Positions 58,963 to 64,000 of a DNA stretch of 64,000 nucleotides are shown in pieces; position 1 is the stretch's first letter, and every line of letters begins with the position of its first letter. This DNA comes from Geosiphon pyriformis uo1 (lineage: Eukaryota; Fungi; Glomeromycota). The notes beneath the pieces were generated by a model that saw only the letters and a list, made by a program, of their open reading frames with translations, was not told where the DNA came from and searched no databases. Both the position numbers and the translations under genes were made by a program. The stretch is from assembly GCA_016748015.1 (NCBI GenBank), contig JAAOMT010000617.1:504635-568634 (forward strand), given 5' to 3'.

Positions 58963-61202
58963 GGCTGATAAACAGTGGCTTCAACTAGAGGATCCTCTCC
59001 AAAGAAATTGATGTTGGCATGATTGGTTCTTTGGTTGGGAACATTATTGTTAATGGTTCTGTTGTTTTGATTGTCATTGTTTCTAGGAACTGGAGGGGGC
59101 AATGGAGGATTGTTGCAGTCTCTTGAGAAGTGTCCAGTTAGTCCACAATGATAGCACACAGGTGGGCCATGATTTTGCTGTCTTTGATATGGTGGTTGTT
59201 GGGGCTGATTAAAACGGGGTTCAAATCTGGGTCTTTGGAGTTGTTGATTCTCTCCAACTGCTTGGGCCAATGGTTCTAATAGCCAGGCAAGATTAGCTGT
59301 AAGTCTATCTATTAACTGTTTATTTGGGTCTTGAGTTTGGGCAGCAAAAGAAGTAGCAGCCATTTGAGGAGCAGGAGCCATTTGAGGAGCAGGAGCAAAA
59401 ACTGGAAGTGTGGATCCTAGGTGCATCCTTTGATTGTCTTCTATTCTCTGAGCAAGTTCAATGGCCATATCCATGGTGGGATTATTTTTCAAGGCCAGGA
59501 GGGGCCAAAGAGCATATGATAGATCAGTTCTCAGTCCTTTGGTAAAAGAATGTATTTTCTGCTCTTCTGTCCAATTTCTTCCAGAGTCTACCTGTTTAAT
59601 GAGTTTTCTTATTGCTTTGGCATATTTTGTCACAACCTCACCAGGGCCTTGAGTTCTTCTTTCTAATTCCATACACCATTTTGAGCTTAAGATGAAAGTT
59701 CTAAATTTAGTTTTAAACTGGTTAGTGAAAGAGGTGTTGTCTTCTCCAGCATTTGCCAGTGCCCATCTAATGATTCTTTGCTGAGCATTGGCATTGGTTT
59801 CTTGTAAGAACCAAGTAGCAGGAGAGTTTTGGAGGTAGCCACCAACGATTTGGAACTTGTATTTATTATTATATTGGTTTGCTGTGGCAGCTCTTTCAAA
59901 ATCATCCAATCATTCAATTGGATCTTGGGCATCACCTCTGAATAATGGTAATGGGGTGTTGTTTCTTCACCATAAAGCAGTCTGTATACTTTGGAGGGCA
60001 ATCAAAATGTTTTGTTGTAGAGGGTCTTGAGCCATTGGTTCAGGTGTAACTGTTTGTGTGGAGTGTTCTGATTCACTTGAAAAGAGATTAAAAACAGAAG
60101 CAATTTGATAGCTTTCTTCTTTTGTTTCAAGAGGAGTTTTTGTTGATTGATGGGCAGCAATCCAAATGTGGATTTGATGATTCAGATATTCGAGATTAGG
60201 GGGCTGTTGTTCAAAGGTTGTAGAATATAAGAGCTGATTGATACTGTTGTTTCTTTCTTCAAAGTTGTCTTCAAAATAAGCTTGATCAAAGTAATAAGTT
60301 GTATAAGTTGTGTAGGTTTCAGCTGAATGCTTGTTCAGAAACCAGTTCCAAAAGTCTTGAAATTGTTTACTGGATTGTTCTTCAATAAGGAAGCAAATCA
60401 AGCAGGAGGGCAAAGGATTAAGTTCAATAAAGTCTAGATTGTTTTTGTTGTGTGCTTTAAAGTGTTCTTTTGATTATTGTGGCAGGTATGAATAATCACC
60501 CATACAAATAGGAAACAAAGTGGATTTTGACAACCTCACAGGGAGCACCACTTTTATGTTACAAGTTGAAGTAACAAGCTAATGGATAGCAAGGGAGAAC
60601 AGAATTGTAGGGTGATAAAAAGAATCAAAGAGAATTCAACTTCAAAGAGCAAATTGAATGAGTATGGATTCAATGTGTGAGATTAGTCTCATAAAATATC
60701 TCAGTCACTATACTTTTCAAAGTAACTGGGGAATTTGAAGATAGAGGGATAGTCTGTACTGTTAACAAATGATCACACTTGGTATAATTCTATGCCTCAC
60801 ATTGGCACTCTTAGAATTCAATATCAAGTATCAGATGTGCTCTTCAGTCACGTTTTATTCAATAATCTCCAAATGTTGCAATTACACCTTTCAGAAAAAG
60901 GGTAAGGAATAACCAACAAGTAATCTTTTATCTTTAAGATGTTCAGATACTTAAAAGTAGGGAAAGAGAAATTAGCAATAAGAAAAGGATTAAGATGAAA
61001 GTTGTTGATTTCTTTATGCTTTTCTATAGCTAAGAAATTCATCACTTATATAGCTGTTAAAAGTGGTCAATGATCAAGTCAACAACTAGGTCAATAATCA
61101 GGTCAATGGTCAGGTCATTGATCACTTACTAAAAATAGAGTGGCTAATTTATGTGACATCAGTGGTAATAATTAATAAGAAGTATAAGTTTCAACCATAA
61201 CA

Positions 61203-64000
61203 CTATAATAAGCTTATCTTTTGGGAGAGTCATCAGATATGCATTAACTATTTCAGGTTTCAACTGTTTTTATTTGGCCAAGAGCTGCATAACATTGTTA
61301 TCATGCATATCTGCATTATTTACTCTTATTTGTTTGATTATATCAGCAACAATCTTAACAAGCTTGTGATCCATGCATTCTCTCTTTGTGTATGTAGATT
61401 GAGCTCTCACTTTCTTTTTTGGTAGGCATTTAGCAGCTTGTAACACAGTCTTCTTGATTGTAAACCACATCTGGTTTAGATCATCATTGCTGTTATCTTT
61501 GTGCTTTATCTGTCAGTTGATTAGTTTCTCTTGCATAGATCTCCCATTGAACTCCAGATGCTTTTCTAACATCAATCATAGTCATGCTACTTTTTTTCCT
61601 TTCAGATCTAGATTTTTTAATGTCTGTCAAGATTCTATCAGATTGGATGATTGTTACCACTGCTTTGTGATCAGTGCTAAACAATTCATTAACATCAATT
61701 ACCCCAATATTTGTGACTAATAAAGCTGTAACAACATCAGTAAACACATAGTCCAATCTCTTTTGTACTCCATTTGATGCCCATGTGTTATCTGAATTGT
61801 TTACTGCATACATTCCATGTATATCCACTAGATTCATGTATTGCAGTGGGACATTTTTTTTTTTGTTCATGACAAATGTTTCTTTAAGTGATTTGGATGC
61901 CAGATCTTTATTCAAATTGCCTGCCACTATAACAATTTCTTTGTTCTGCACAATGTCTGCTAAAAGCTTTTTGATCTCTTTTGCCACTGCTTTTTTAGTA
62001 GTTGATTTGGAAGCAGACATGTACAACCCAACTACATGTACACTTATTTTACCCCTAAATTTCAATACCAGATGCAATAGTCTCCCATAATAACCCCTGA
62101 TTACCTCCACATGGTGAGTCCAACATTTTTTAACCAGTATACCCACCCCAGTTCCCATTTGTTTTTCAGTGCTTGACTCCCAAAAAGTGTGATATTCCTC
62201 AGTACCAAAAAACAACTCTTTTTCTTTGAGCGGGGTCAGTTTAGTTTCTATAATGACCACAAAATCAAACTGTTCATCCTTAATCCATTGTAGTACCTCT
62301 TCAGCTTTGCCAGGATTGTTAAGTCCTCTAACATTGATAGTTCCTATTTTCCAAGTATTATTATTGGCAATGTTCTGTTCTAAAGTAAATTTGAATGTAC
62401 TATACATCATCTGTTTTCATAGATTTAGATTCCCCAGTCATAGCACCATTTCAGTTATCCTGTTTCTCTACTTGTTTTAGCAGTACCATAATAAGTTCCA
62501 GGGCCTTTTTGATTTTATTGATTTCTTTCTCTGGGTTGTATGCCTCTTTTCCCTCCTCTGAGTAATGTCTGAAGAACATATCCTGTTTCACTTTTCTATT
62601 ACCCCCTCCTTTTTTTCTTCTGATATGTGACTTGGTGGGTGAATTACCACTTTGTCTTCCACTGTTACCCCAAGTTTGGAAGCCACAGTATTCAGTAGTT
62701 TAGCCATCTCATTCATCTGTTGTCTTAATTCATCAATTTTGGATTTCCATGGCTGTTCTGCTCCTTTTTTTTGTTGTCCTTCTTTGTTGTTTGCTTGTGA
62801 GTCTGTTTTTTGAAACCCACTTGGGTTTGCATTGCTTCTATTATTAGATGGGTTTAGTGCTGTCATCTCAGCATAGGATCTTTCCCCAAAGGCCTTAATG
62901 AGTTCTTTTGGTATATTCTTTCTGACATACAATTTGGCCAATTGTATGTTATTGGTAACTTTCTTGGTATTCCCCTCCTTTTTCTTAAGTAAAGTAAGAT
63001 AATTTGAAATCAAGTGTCCTATCTGATAACAAAAATGGCATTTTTTAGCATCAGTGAGTACCCAGTGAATCAGAGTGTTCCCAATCACCAAAGGCTTACT
63101 GGTAGCATTGTAATAACTGGCTTTACTATCAAACCCTATGTAAACACAGTCCATTTTGGTATAGTTTCTGCTAGTTCTTGGGATAAAGTAAGATTGGGCT
63201 TTGATTTGGTCCAGAGTGGTACTCAGATAGTGGACAGTACAGTTTTGTGGTAGGCCAACTAGCTTAGCTTCCCAGGTTTTTCTCTGCTCAATGATCTTTT
63301 GGGTATCTATCATTGAGTAGATTCTAACTGCATCTTTTCTGATCAGGATTGACCATTGGTCTACAGTTCTAGTCACCTCTTCTTGATTGTTGAATTCAAC
63401 CACTGCTAACTGTTATTTTCCAGCCACTTTGATTTGGACTTTTTTAACCTCTCCAAATTCTTTCATGACAGCTCCAACCTCTCTGTCAGAAATACCCAAG
63501 AGAATATTTCTAACTAGAACCTTCTTTTGACCAGCCATTTGATTGGCAATGCCATCAGTTGCCATCAAAAATGACTCAAAATCTGCATCTGCCAAGATCT
63601 TCCTAGCTTTATCTCTTCTAGAAATCTATTCTAATTTTTTGGTTTCTTATTATTACCACTCCCAAAAGATAACTGACATCTCCCAACAGATTGTAAATCC
63701 ACTTCACCTTTTTTCCCATGTTCTTTTCTGGTATGTCCAATATCTGCACAAACAGAACATGTCTCTTGGTGCCATAGACAATAGTTCTCTAATCTTCTTT
63801 TTGATTTGCTTCTGTAGACATGGCATTTTTCTCAGATAATTTGTTACTCTTTTGGCCCAGGCTTGGGCTTGGCATTCTGCTTAATAGACCTGATTCAGAA
63901 TCTTCTATGTCCTCTGCAGTCTCTTTCAGATCAGCTATATCTTTGTTTGTCTCAAATGGATTGTCCATTTGCTCATCAGTTTTCTCTACAGATTTCCTTT
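61203..64000 (-). mobile_element. LINE-beta copy 2, 5' part (ORF2 start 62410; ORF1 from 62400 to beyond the window end)
   Basis: ORFs 61493-62410 (APE) and 62588-63403; inverted homolog of 29140-31980. Confidence 0.93.

Larger units (their letters stand above)
38727..61202 (-). mobile_element. Gypsy-B outer copy (B-out) carrying two nested B copies; own parts 38727-38944, 46328-49471, 57469-61202
   Basis: CTAT TSD at 38723-38726 and 61203-61206 restores the LINE-beta sequence TTCTATAATAAG; 5' LTR 60557-61202, PBS 60532-60550. Confidence 0.92.

Overview
The window is AT-rich eukaryotic DNA made entirely of nested retrotransposons; I found no host genes, RNA genes or CRISPR arrays. The protein style suggests a fungus, probably Glomeromycotina/Mucoromycota (inference). 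It holds two LINE families (alpha, beta), an ORF1-only 'half-LINE' that shares a structured 3' end with LINE-beta, and three Ty3/Gypsy LTR families. Family A is one full-length 10.2 kb dUTPase-bearing copy, family B has six internal-bearing copies plus a solo LTR, and family C is one LTR plus gag. Insertion order can be reconstructed from target-site duplications (TSDs). All copies are pseudogenised, mostly by C>T/G>A transitions. Most notable: (i) families A and B encode integrase as a separate ORF and add a third, mutually similar ~220-aa ORF before the 3' LTR; (ii) both appear primed by elongator tRNA-Met and carry LTR motifs complementary to its anticodon arm, which in family B is split by an insert at the canonical tRNA-intron position; (iii) the half-LINE and its host LINE share a covarying four-way-junction 3' RNA; (iv) family B has a UUUAAAC -1 frameshift signal. 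Alignments and folds were done by eye, so coordinates may be off by a few bases.
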